Assembly: GCA_965644315.1 (NCBI GenBank) | Contig: CBFFRQ010000065.1 | Location: 359,439 to 423,438, forward strand | DNA length: 64,000 bases | Direction: 5' to 3' | From: Caecitellus pseudoparvulus | Taxonomy: Eukaryota > Protista > Bigyra: Bicosoecida | In this document: in pieces, positions 54,499 through 64,000 of the stretch | Numbering within the stretch: the stretch's first letter is position 1 | How the letters are laid out: each line of letters starts with the position of its first letter | Translations under genes and position numbers: made by a program | The notes under the pieces: generated by a model | The model's database searches: none | Told to the model about the DNA's origin: nothing | What the model saw: only the letters and a program-made list of their open reading frames with translations

Positions 54499-57400
54499 AT
54501 GGTGCGTGGGGCTGTGTCGAAGCCTGTGGAGGGTGCTGCGCAAGTTCGACAGTTCTCAAACAACGAAACGCCGACGCCGACTGCAGCCGCGTTGCGCTCT
54601 CCCCCGTTCACAGGCGGCAGCACCAGTCAAGCCCTCGGGAACCATCGGACAAGTTCCTTCCAAGAGTGATGACGGAAAGGTACAGCGTGTGGTGGCGTGT
54701 CTCAAGAAGCTGCACTGTCTGCCAGGCAGCGTCATGGCGCACGGCCAAGCGTTGCAAGGGCTTGCAGCCATTGGGCGCGGGGAAGCGCCCGCTGCAGGCG
54801 ATGGCGCCCAATCAACCATGAGCCTGGTGGACCTGGAAGAGCTGCTGCGTGATGCGGGGAGTGCGCTGTGGGCGCGGGCTCAGCAGTTGGCCGAGAAGGT
54901 TGATGGCGCGGAGGTGTGTGCTGCGCTGCAGTACCTGTCGTTCCGTTGCTTCGCCGCGGTGGACGTGCTGCGTCAGGCGGCATCTGGTATAAATGTGGAT
55001 GCAGTGCCGAGCGGTGATGCACTGTGGGGCGCTATCGTGGGTGCTTGGGGCAGTGTGCGGGCCGGTGTGAACGTGGAAGGGGCGCTGGCTGACCTGGCGC
55101 GATGGTGGCAGGGCTTCGAGGAGGCGGATGTGGATGTGGCTGGTGAGGGTGGCCCACTCACACATGACGCAGGTGCCGAGGCAGCGGCGGAGGCGGCTTT
55201 GGCTGGCATGTGGCAGCAGGCTGAGTGGCTGCGAGGCGAGGCGGCAAGCGAGTTGACGAGTGAAGGTGTTGCTGAGCCCTTGGAGAGTGCTGCCAATCAC
55301 TTAGAGTGTGCTGCAAGTGCAGTGGTGGAGTTGCGCGCAGTGCTTGGGTGCGGTGCGGCGATCATGAGTGGAGAGCTGGTGCCCGTATCTGGCATAGATT
55401 TGCCAGGTGGTCTGGTGTGCAAGAACAGCGCAGCCGCAAGCGTGATCACTGTTGAGGGTCAGATCATCTCTGGCACGGACACTGTCGATGTGGACGTTGA
55501 GGAGTGGGCGTCGGTGTTGGACGCTGGTGTGGGGGCGTTGAGCCGGAGTGTGCTGAGCCTGAAGCGTGCTGAAAGCGTCCAAGTTGGTCTGGGGCTGCCT
55601 CGGATGGCCCAGCAAGTGCACCGTGTGGCGCTGAAGCATGCCTGCATCAAGGGCGGGGCAGATGAACCAGTGGGGAAGCGAAGCACGGTTGAGGTGCAGG
55701 TGCAGTGTGAGCAAGGGTGGCCGCTGAGCATGTTCCTGGAGGATGAAGCGTGGAGCGATGTCGGGCTGGAGGTGAAGCAGCGCGTGGCTGTGAGGGTGCT
55801 GGGTGTGTGTGCCGTGGCTGAGGCGTGTGGAGCGAGTCTGGATGGTGTGGGTGTGGGGAGCTTCGTGGTGGTGGGTGTGGGGAGTGGCAGTGTGGGTGAT
55901 CTGGTGGGCGCACTGGATGGAGGTAGGTGTGAGGTGGTGTTGAGTGCATGTGGCGCTGTCTGGCGTGACGAAAGTGTCAATGGGAGTTTGTCCAACGTGT
56001 TAGAGGCTGTGGCTGGCACGTCAGAGGGCGGTGCGGCACATGGTGGGTGGTTTGCCGATGCTGTGCAGATAGTGCAAGCTGGGGGCCCCAGGAGTTGCAT
56101 GGCTGCGTATGCCTGCTCGAGTGCGTCATGCGAAGGGGAGCTGAGCGGCATGGCACGCGTGGATGCAGAGGCCACGGCTTGGATGGAGCGCCGGGGTGCG
56201 GAAGAGGGGGGTGGTGGGCACGATCATCGTGACTTCATTGCGGCCTGCAGGATTGGCGATGTGTCGACAGTGCGTTCGCTGCTTGCTTTGACGGGCGATC
56301 GCGCAGTGGATGTGCATGCTCGGAATCGTGCGGGGCCCGAAGCTGGTTTCCGGGCAGCATGTGAGAACGGACACGAAGATGTGGTGCGCGAGCTGCTGGC
56401 TTTGACCGGACAACGTGAGATCAACGTGCACGCAAGGAATCGTGCAGGGCCCGAAGCTGGCTTCCGCCTGGCATGTCAGAACGGACATGTGGAAGTGGTG
56501 CGCGAGCTGCTAGCGCTGACGGGGCACCGTGAAGTCAATGTGCATGCTCGATCTCAGGGCAGTCCTGAGGGTAGCTTCTTGGCTGCCTGTCGCAATGGGC
56601 ACGTAGATGTGGTGCGCGAGCTGCTGGCACTCACCGGGCACCGTGAAGTGGATGTGCATGCTGGGCCTGAGGGCCACCCTGAGCTTGGGTTTCGGTATGC
56701 CTGTGGATACGGGCATGTGGACGTAGTTCGCGAATTACTGGCTCTTGAAAGTGATCATGAGGTGGATGTGCACGCTGGGCCTGAGGGCCTTCCTGAGGCA
56801 AGCTTCTTGGCAGCATGCATGCATGGACATGCAGAAGTGGTGCGCGAGTTGCTGGCTCTGAGCGGGCATCGCGAGGTAGATGTCCATGCTGTTGGGCCTG
56901 AGGGCCACCCTGAGGGTGGCTTCAGATGTGCCTGTGAGAGGGGGCATGCGGACGTCGTTCGCGAGCTGCTGGCGCTGAGCGGGCATCGTGAGGTGGATGT
57001 CCATGCTGGGGCTGCAGGCGAGGCTGAGTACGGCTTCCAGGTTGCCTGCGAGAGTGGGCACGTCGACGTGCTGCGCGAGCTGCTGGCGCTGACTGGCCAT
57101 CGTGAAGTTGACGTGCATGCTCTGGGCTGTGGTGGGCCTGAGGCTGGCTTTCAACGCGCCTGTCAAAATGGTCAAGTGGAGGTGGTGCGCGAGCTTCTGA
57201 AATTGACGGGGCACCGCGAAGTGGATGTGCATGCGCCGTTTAGGGGTGATCCTGAAGGTGGCTTCAGAGTTGCCTGCGGGATGGGGCACGTGGAGGTGGT
57301 CCGCGAGCTGCTGGCGTTGACCGGGCATCGTGAGGTGAACGTGCATGTCGTGATCAAGGGAAAGCCGGAGGCTGGATTCTTAGCTGCTTGTATGAATGGG

Positions 57401-58606
57401 CATGTGGATGTTGTGCGCGAGCTGCTTGCTCTCAGGGGCCATCGTGAGGTGAATGTGCATACCGGGCCAGAGGGCCAGCCTGAGTATGGCTTCAGAATTG
57501 CCTGCCAAAATGGTCACCGGGAAGTAGTGCGCGAGCTGCTGGCGTTGACTGGTCACCGTGAGGTGGATGTGCATGCTGGGCCTGAGGGTCTTCCTGAGGC
57601 CGGCTTCTTGACAGCATGCATGGATGGACGTTTGGGTGTTGTACGTGAGTTGCTGGCTTTGAGCGGACACCGTGAGATTGACGTGCATGTCGGACCTGAG
57701 GGCTGGCCTGAGTACTGCTTTCTGATTGCCTGCCAGGAAGGGCGACTAGCTATCTTGCGTGAGCTCCTGGCGCTGGGCGGACATCGAGAGGTGGACGTAC
57801 ACGTTCGGGTTGACGGAGACCCTGAGGCTGGCTTCCGGTTTGCTTGCGAGAACGGGCACATTGATGTCGTGCGGGAGTTGCTGGCGCTGGAGGGGCACCG
57901 AGAGGTGGATGTACATGCTGGACGTAAGGGCGATCCTGAACAAGGCTTCACACTTGCTTGTGAGAACGGGCACATCGATGTGGTTCGTGAGTTGCTGGCG
58001 CTGACCGGGCATCGAGAGGTTGACGTGCACGCTGCAGATGGGAACGGGCGTGAGGCTGGCTTCCGACTTGCTTGTGAGAATGGGCGTGCGGAAGTGGTGC
58101 GCGAGCTGCTTACGCTGGGCGGGCATCGAGAGGTTGACGTGCATGTTGCAGATGGGAAAGGGCCTGAGGCTGGCTTCCGGCAAGCTTGTGAGAATGGGCA
58201 CGTTGAGGTGGTGCGGGCCCTTCTGGCTCTTAGGGGCCATCGTGAGGTGGATGTCCATGCTGAGAAAGAGGGAAGTTCTGAGCACAGCTTTCGGCTAGAA
58301 AGTGTGGACGGACCGTTGGACGTTGTCTTCGAAGTGTTTACTCTGTCAGGACCTGGTCTACGCAACGTCCAAGCAGAGACTGTGAGCAAGCCTCAATCTA
58401 GCTTCCAACTTGCCTGTGGGAAGGGGCACACAGGTGTGGTGCGTGAGCTGCTGGGTCTCACTGGCCAGCGCGCCATCCCCGCGTCCGCCAGGGAAGAAGG
58501 TGGCGCGATCGCCGTGCAGGCAGCCAAAGATGCGGCGTGGGGGGGGACGAGCACTCGGGGGGGCAGGAGTGTTGCGGTGCTGCTGCGGACATTCCGCTGT
58601 GTCTGA
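54499..58606 (+). CDS. Helical domain + putative pseudokinase + array of 20 atypical 38-aa ankyrin-like repeats
   Basis: Probable ATG-only exon at 54499-54501 and intron 54502-54613 (GTGCGT..CACAG), in frame with the 1366-aa ORF. Repeat consensus FxxACxxGHxDVVRELLALTGHREVDVHAxxxGxPExG. Confidence 0.85.
56234..58470 (+). repeat. Tandem coding array of ~114-bp units (20 units; unit 6 is 117 bp, unit 19 is degenerate)
   Basis: Recurrent GAGCTGCTGGC...GAGGTGGATGTGCATGC...CCTGAG at 114-nt spacing. Confidence 0.95.
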
Positions 58607-58877
58607 CTCCGGTGGGGTGTGGTCTCCCGGTGTCTTGGCTGTGCATTCGGGCACAAACTAGCGTCAGCTTCAAGCGAATCGGGTGGAGGATTGGCGGAGC
58701 AGCAGTCTTGCGGGACACCAGGGGTATCACGCCAGACCACCGTGAACACAATTCAACCACAAACGTACTCGGTTGTGTGTGTCTTCTAGACGTGGCCGCA
58801 GTGCTCTCCTGCTCTGGCGCCGTAGCTCAGGCTCTGATCTACAGTGCAGTGTGCGGAATCTGAAGCTCAACACGCCA

Positions 58878-60247
58878 TGGCAAGCGCTGCGGATGCTGGC
58901 AGCTGGCTGGACCGTTGGAGGGCAGCTTGTGGTGATCAGGATGCATGTGGGCTGCTGGACCTGCTCCACGATGGCTCTGACGAGGCCAAGCGCAGCATGG
59001 GGGCGCTTGAAGCGTCTGACATTGAGCCCGCCGCAACTGTGGCGGCCGAGAGAGGCCACGAGGAGCTGATGATGGCGTTGCTGGTTGCTTCTGCAGGCAG
59101 GGGCGTTGACGTGCGGGGTGTGTTTGACCAAGCGTTTGTGGAAGCGTGTGCGGGGGGGCACGTTGGCATTCTTCGTGAGCTGCTGCGTGTGGTAGACGAT
59201 CGGGCTGTGGACGTTCACGTTGCGCGTGGAGGCATTTCTGAGATTGGCTTCGTGCTGGCCTGCCAGCACGGTCATGTGGGGGTGTTGCGCGAGCTGCTTG
59301 ATTTGAGTGGCGATCGCGAAGTGGATGTGCATGCTGGGCGCAAGGGGGAGACTGAGTATGGCTTCCGGCTCGCGTGTCAGCACGGGCACGCTGACGTGGT
59401 GCTGGAGCTGCTGGCTCTGAGCGGGCATCGAGAAGTGGATGTACACGCGGGGCCCGCAATAAGGCCTGAGGCAGGCTTCTTGGCAGCATGTGCGAAGGGG
59501 CATGCGGCAGTGGTGCGCGTATTGTTGGCGCTGAGCGGGCATCGAGAGGTGGACGTTCACACTGGGCCTGAGGGTAGTCCTGAGCATGGGTTCAGATTTG
59601 CCTGCGAGAAAGGGCACCTTGAAGTAGTGCGTGAGCTGCTGGCGCTGACAGGTGACCGGGAAGTGGATGTGCATGCAAGCATGGGAGGAGATCCTGAGGC
59701 TGGCTTCCAACTTGCCTGTCAGAATGGGCACCTTGATGTTGTGCGCGAGCTGTTGGCATTGACCGAGCACCGCGAAGTTGACGTTCACGCTTGTGGCTGG
59801 GGTGGGCCTGAAGCTGGGTTTCAACGCGCCTGCCAGTCTGGGCGGTTGTCAGTCGTTCGTGAGCTGCTGAAATTGACGGGGCATCGTGAAGTAGACGTGC
59901 ATGCGGCGTTTGAGGGTGATCCTGAAGGTGGATTCAGAGTTGCCTGTGCATTTGGGCATGTGGAGGTTGTGAGAGAGCTTCTGGCACTGACTGGGCCTCG
60001 TGAGGTGGATGTGCATGCTGAAGATTGGGATAGTCCGGAGGCAGGCTTCATCGGCGCCTGTCGACGGGGACACGCGAGTGTGGTGCGCGAGCTGCTGGGC
60101 CTCACTGGCCAGCGCGCCATCCCCGCGTTTGCCAGGGAAGAAGGTGGCGCGATCGCCGTGCAGGCGGCCAAAGATGCGGCGTGGGGTGGGACGAGCACTC
60201 GGGGGGGCAGGAGTGTTGCGGTGCTGCTGCGAGCATCGCGCAAGTAG
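58878..60247 (+). CDS. Ankyrin-like repeat protein with 9 units of 38 aa; paralog of the upstream gene without its N-terminal domains
   Basis: Same repeat consensus and a near-identical C-terminal cap (RAIPA.AREEGGAIAVQAAKDAAWGGTSTRGGRSVAVLLR). Confidence 0.88.
59135..60115 (+). repeat. Tandem coding array of 114-bp units (9 units)
   Basis: Same unit as 56234-58470. Confidence 0.95.
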
Positions 60248-60546
60248 TGGGCTGGCACGACTGATTCGACTTGCGTGGTCAGATGGTTCCCTGCGCAACT
60301 TCCTGCATGAATACAATGCAACGTCCCCACAAGCCCCCGGCAGTCCCTGCAATGCATCGGCTCATCCTTGGCACTGCCGGCTGGCTTGTCAGGGATCGCA
60401 GGCATGCTGCTGGCGCTGGGTTGCTGAGCGTCAGCTCCACCCATGAGTGACCAGTTTCCGCAGGCCGTGACAGTCTGCAGCGTGTGACGGATCTGCACGG
60501 GCACGCGACTGGTTTTCATTGAGCCCTTTCGCAGAATATGCACCAG

Positions 60547-61015
60547 CTAGAACTGTTTAAGCGATGATCGTCTGAGGAGGGGGGCACTTGCTCCTGTTCG
60601 GCGGCGGCAGGGCCGTCACTGGAAGTCGGCCCACTAGTAATTTACGTCTTCGAACCCTCCCTGGCGTAGTGAGAAAATGCACATTAGTGCGCTGAACTTG
60701 AAAAAATGATTGACTAGTGTTGGTGCCAGTGCGAGTTTTCACACGGGCGGCTGTGCTAGTGCCAAGTCTGTGTTAGTGAAGTGCTTGGCGTGCACCATTT
60801 GGGTTGATCTTGCTAGTGTGCCCGGGTTTTGCCAAAACTGTTCACCACTCATTTCTCTAGGGGTAGGTTGTGCGCTAGCGCGCTAGACCTTTGCGAAGCG
60901 TCGCTAGTGTGAGCGGGGTTGGGAGCTGGTGCAGGGTCAGCTGTACTAGTGCGAGAGCTGAACTAGTACAGGAGACGTGCCTCCAGCTGCTGCTATGGCA
61001 ACACACCCACACTAG
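60547..61015. repeat. CTAG/CTAGTG-rich non-coding cluster (left)
   Basis: 12 CTAG in ~470 bp, plus several TAGTG; CTAG is sparse elsewhere in the window. Confidence 0.75.
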
Positions 61016-61588
61016 TGAGCATGAAGCTGGCGGGGCCGCCGACTCTGTGCACCCTCTCCCTCGTTATTTCAAGCCATGCACGCTTCCTCTTTGGGCCGTG
61101 ATGGTGTTAGTGGTCTGGGGTGCCCTGCGTCGACTGGCGTTGCGTTTCGCTGCTGGCCAACGTCTTCACAACGCCTGCCCCAGGGGGGCCGGGCGGGATT
61201 CCTACCTCATCCCCGGCACCCAGTATACCCATCATCACCTAGCTTTAGGTGTGGCATGTCCCATTGCCCTGCGATGGTCTTTCAGGAGGGTCTGAGCGAG
61301 CGCCGCCCAAAGCAGCGTCTGGCCCAAACAGCTCTGTGACAAGGTGAAACGCCACGTGCTGAATTTCAGCCTGTGCAGCCGGTGCCGCATGGCAGGAACG
61401 GTGCATGCCCCAGATAGCGAACCTACCCTCCCATGGGTCATGGGTGCGTGCTGGGCTTCGGGCAATGCGGGCGGCCGGCCCCCACTTCTCGCTCCTGCAT
61501 TTCCTGGCTTTCTCCACATCCCAGCGTTGCACCCACTTCCAGCCCTGAACCTGCCGGCATTGCTGCGCACTCACCCCAAGCGTTCACC

Positions 61589-63630
61589 ATGTCACTCACA
61601 TTCTCCATGGGGGACGTCGACAGCGAGGAGGAAGGAAGTCCAATGGCAAGGGCTGAGTTCACTGGTGCAGGCGCTCATCTCTGCGATGCTGCCCACCAGC
61701 TCATCTGCATCAGAGCCGCCAGCGCCGTGATGACTCGGAAGCGTCCACGTAGTGTGGTACGTTCGTCTTCCAGAGCTATCAGCCGTGCTGCTGCCGTCGT
61801 TGAGACGCCTTTGATCCTGCAAGGTGACGATGGTGCGGGCAGCTTCCCGCTGCGTGTGTGACGCTCACGCCTCCACCCGCCTTTCCCCCTGAAATCGTCT
61901 GCAGCCGAGACGGCCACTTTCACATCTTTATGTAACAAAGATCTCGTTGGCGCAGCTGCTATTGGTAGTATCGCCGCTATAGCTGCCCGTCCTTGCCTGT
62001 CAAACGGCTGCTGATGCTACAGCGATCGACAAGTTGCGTTGCAGAACGCTAACGCCAACGCCAACGCCAACGCCAACCCAGAAACCCTCGTTGCGGAGGC
62101 TATGGTCGACTGCAGGCCTGTCAAGGCACCCAAGCCGCTTGATGTCGCAGAGGAACATGTCTCGCTGCAGGAGATGGCGGTGTCTTCTGGCACTCCTCTC
62201 CAACGTGCGATTGTCAAGGCCATGCGCAACATGTTTGTGTGCTCTGCAACCGACAGGTCCTACCTCCACTGTGCAGCTGGTATGGGGCAGGCGAGGATGT
62301 CCCATCTGGAGGACGCCGTGTCTCCAGCGGTGAAGGCGCAGGTAAGGAAGACCTCCAAGAAGCATGCCACGCATGCAGGTGACCACCTTGCTGCCGTCCT
62401 GGAGGAGGAGACGGACGCAGACCCAGTTCCATGGCCCCAAAAGTTCAGGGCAGAAGGCCGCCGCATCGTACTCGGCCTGATTATTAAAATACCCAACTTC
62501 ATCTTCGCTGACGCCAAAGTCTTGGTCGACACCCTGCAGGCAGCAATCAACACTGTCGCCTCCGAGTAGGGCCCTCCCTTCCAGATGGTTGAAGACTTGG
62601 AGGAAGACGGGGAACAGCCAGAAGCACATGAATCGAACCCTGTTCAGCATGACACCAACTTCTCTTCGCCATGGCAGAGTATGTGCCTCGAAAGTGTGCG
62701 AGCAGCAGCGAACAAGGCCTCTCTGCAAGAGGAGATGGCCGAGCAGGGTAGTGTGTTTCGTGCTCTGGAGGACATGGTGTCGGCCAGCAAGCATGCAAAA
62801 TATGCAGGTCTCGCAAAGACACTGAAGAGTGCCAGCAACAAGTGCCGCGCGAAGATCACGAGGTGAGTGGACGGGAGGTGTCTGTCATGCCTGCGCAGCA
62901 CAGGATGGCACGCTCCTCGAGCTCTGCGCAGTGCGGAGTGCCTGGGAAGTTTTGGGCTGTGGAACGAGATGAAGAGGAAGTACGATCCTGTTCACGAGAA
63001 GTGCACTGGAGGGGCAGCTGGTCGGTCTGACCACAGCATGACCCTGTTCGAGGTGTCATCCGAGGATCCCGAATACCGCCACAGCTGGGTGCCCAAGGTG
63101 TGAATGGGCATGCCTGTGGACCGGCTGGGGCGAAGCTGTGTCCAGTTGCTGCCTCTCCACCATAGTTCTTCGTGCCGCAGGTCAGGGGCAAACGAAGGAC
63201 ATCCGACCGCTTCAGTCAGCGTGCATCCTTGCTGGAGGTGGACATTTACCGCTCTCGCATCATTAGAGACGACTCCATCAAGGCTGTCTTCGAGTGCCCA
63301 CCCATCGGAGAATCGGGTGCCGCCTGCACCCAGTACGGCCCCGACCTCGATCGACTGGAGGAGGCACTTCGCGGCCCGGAAGTTGTCGCCACAGGGGCTC
63401 GGGTTGTCTTGGGGTGGATGGAGGCTGTGTACAAAGTCGCTGTCAACTGCTTGAACATCAAGAACAAGCAATTGGTGGTTGGTTGTGGGGACCTGGGCGT
63501 CCTCACCCCCGCCGACAAGAAGCGTGCGTCCTGCATGTTGGCCATGGTGTGGACGTCCCTCCGCATGAAGCTCCATGTGCACACGGAGCTGGTCGGGCTT
63601 ACTCGTCGCCTCGTGTCCGCTTTGGGCTGA
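61589..63630 (+). CDS. Putative multi-exon orphan gene (or pseudogene)
   Basis: ORF pieces can be joined by plausible introns (e.g. ~62863-62931 GTGAGT..GCGCAG; 63098-63180 GTGTGA..CCGCAG). The TAG at 62567 precedes an acceptor-like CCCTTCCAG but has no clear donor. Confidence 0.4.
62045..62078 (+). repeat. (AACGCC)n hexamer microsatellite encoding Asn-Ala repeats
   Basis: AACGCT followed by AACGCC x4. Confidence 0.85.
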
Positions 63631-63746
63631 TGCTCTTTGGCTTGGTTTTGGTGCCGGAGCATTGAAGCTGAAGTGCCTGTGGTCATTGAACGGCTTTACA
63701 GGTGTTTTTGAATGCATGTGGGTCACGGCAGGCTGGCCCTGTTTTA

Positions 63747-63989
63747 CTAGTAAAGGATGTGCTACTAGGAGGAAGTGCTGCTTGCGGGAGCGCTAGTAGT
63801 GCCCAGGGCAGCTGCGCGCACTAGTAGCGCTCCCAGCACGCGGAAATTCACTAGTGCGAGGCTCCGCCACCACCTCTCACTAGTGCAGGCCTGGAGATGC
63901 ATTCTCACTAGGAGCGCAGAACCTCCTCTCAAATATACTAATATGACCTTTGAACTCTGGTGAAAAAGCACGCGTCAAAACTCTGCTAG
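63747..63989. repeat. CTAG/CACTAG-rich non-coding cluster (right)
   Basis: 8 CTAG in ~245 bp, mostly as (C/T)ACTAG; it may continue past the window end. Confidence 0.75.
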
Positions 63990-64000
63990 CGGAGCGCTGT

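Noticed and set aside
56234-60115. 114-bp periodic arrays as CRISPR or TALE repeats
   Set aside because: They are in-frame coding repeats with ankyrin-like helices (GH..VVRELL). There is no repeat/spacer structure, no cas genes and no TALE consensus.
62039-63454. Four consecutive same-frame ORFs suggesting stop-codon readthrough or an alternative genetic code
   Set aside because: Two of the stops lie inside plausible introns (GTGAGT, GTGTGA donors). TGA, TAA and TAG terminate other genes in the window normally.
60632-63885. Formal call of a CACTA transposon
   Set aside because: CACTA/TAGTG words are present, but I found no extended TIR, no 3-bp TSD and no transposase motif. Kept only as a finding.
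1-64000. Hundreds of long overlapping or antisense ORFs in the six-frame track
   Set aside because: Expected shadow ORFs of GC-rich coding DNA. They carry no motifs and the real frame is identifiable.

Overview
GC-rich (roughly two-thirds G+C by eye), gene-dense eukaryotic genomic DNA. It has short canonical GT-AG introns (mostly 65-130 nt, donors mainly GTGCG/GTGAG) and very short intergenic gaps. The organism is a flagellated protist (it encodes DYNC2LI1); a heterotrophic stramenopile is a guess only. The first ~54 kb is mostly housekeeping genes: NDUFS5, a TKL kinase, a giant USP9/24/34-like deubiquitinase, CZIB, a bS21-like protein, CapZ-alpha, a PDH protein-X-like E2 paralog, PAK1IP1, DPM2, NOG1, a UBIAD1-DoxX fusion, an FAD oxidoreductase, EXO5, DYNC2LI1, a penta-EF-hand protein, DENND10 and ZNF593. 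Four signals stand out. (1) Two tandem genes carry arrays of 38-aa ankyrin-like repeats with a constant framework, hypervariable surface positions, shared modules and a near-identical C-terminal cap; one is fused to a helical domain and an apparent pseudokinase, making a candidate natural DARPin-like variable receptor system. (2) A tandem pair of Zn2Cys6+PAS-like transcription factors shares a ~98% identical 592-bp internal block inside otherwise diverged genes. (3) An AATTTCCGC motif is strongly over-represented, often near gene 5' ends. (4) An orphan spliced gene at the window end is bracketed by dense CTAG/ACTAGT clusters. All homology calls are from motif recognition; no searches were run.
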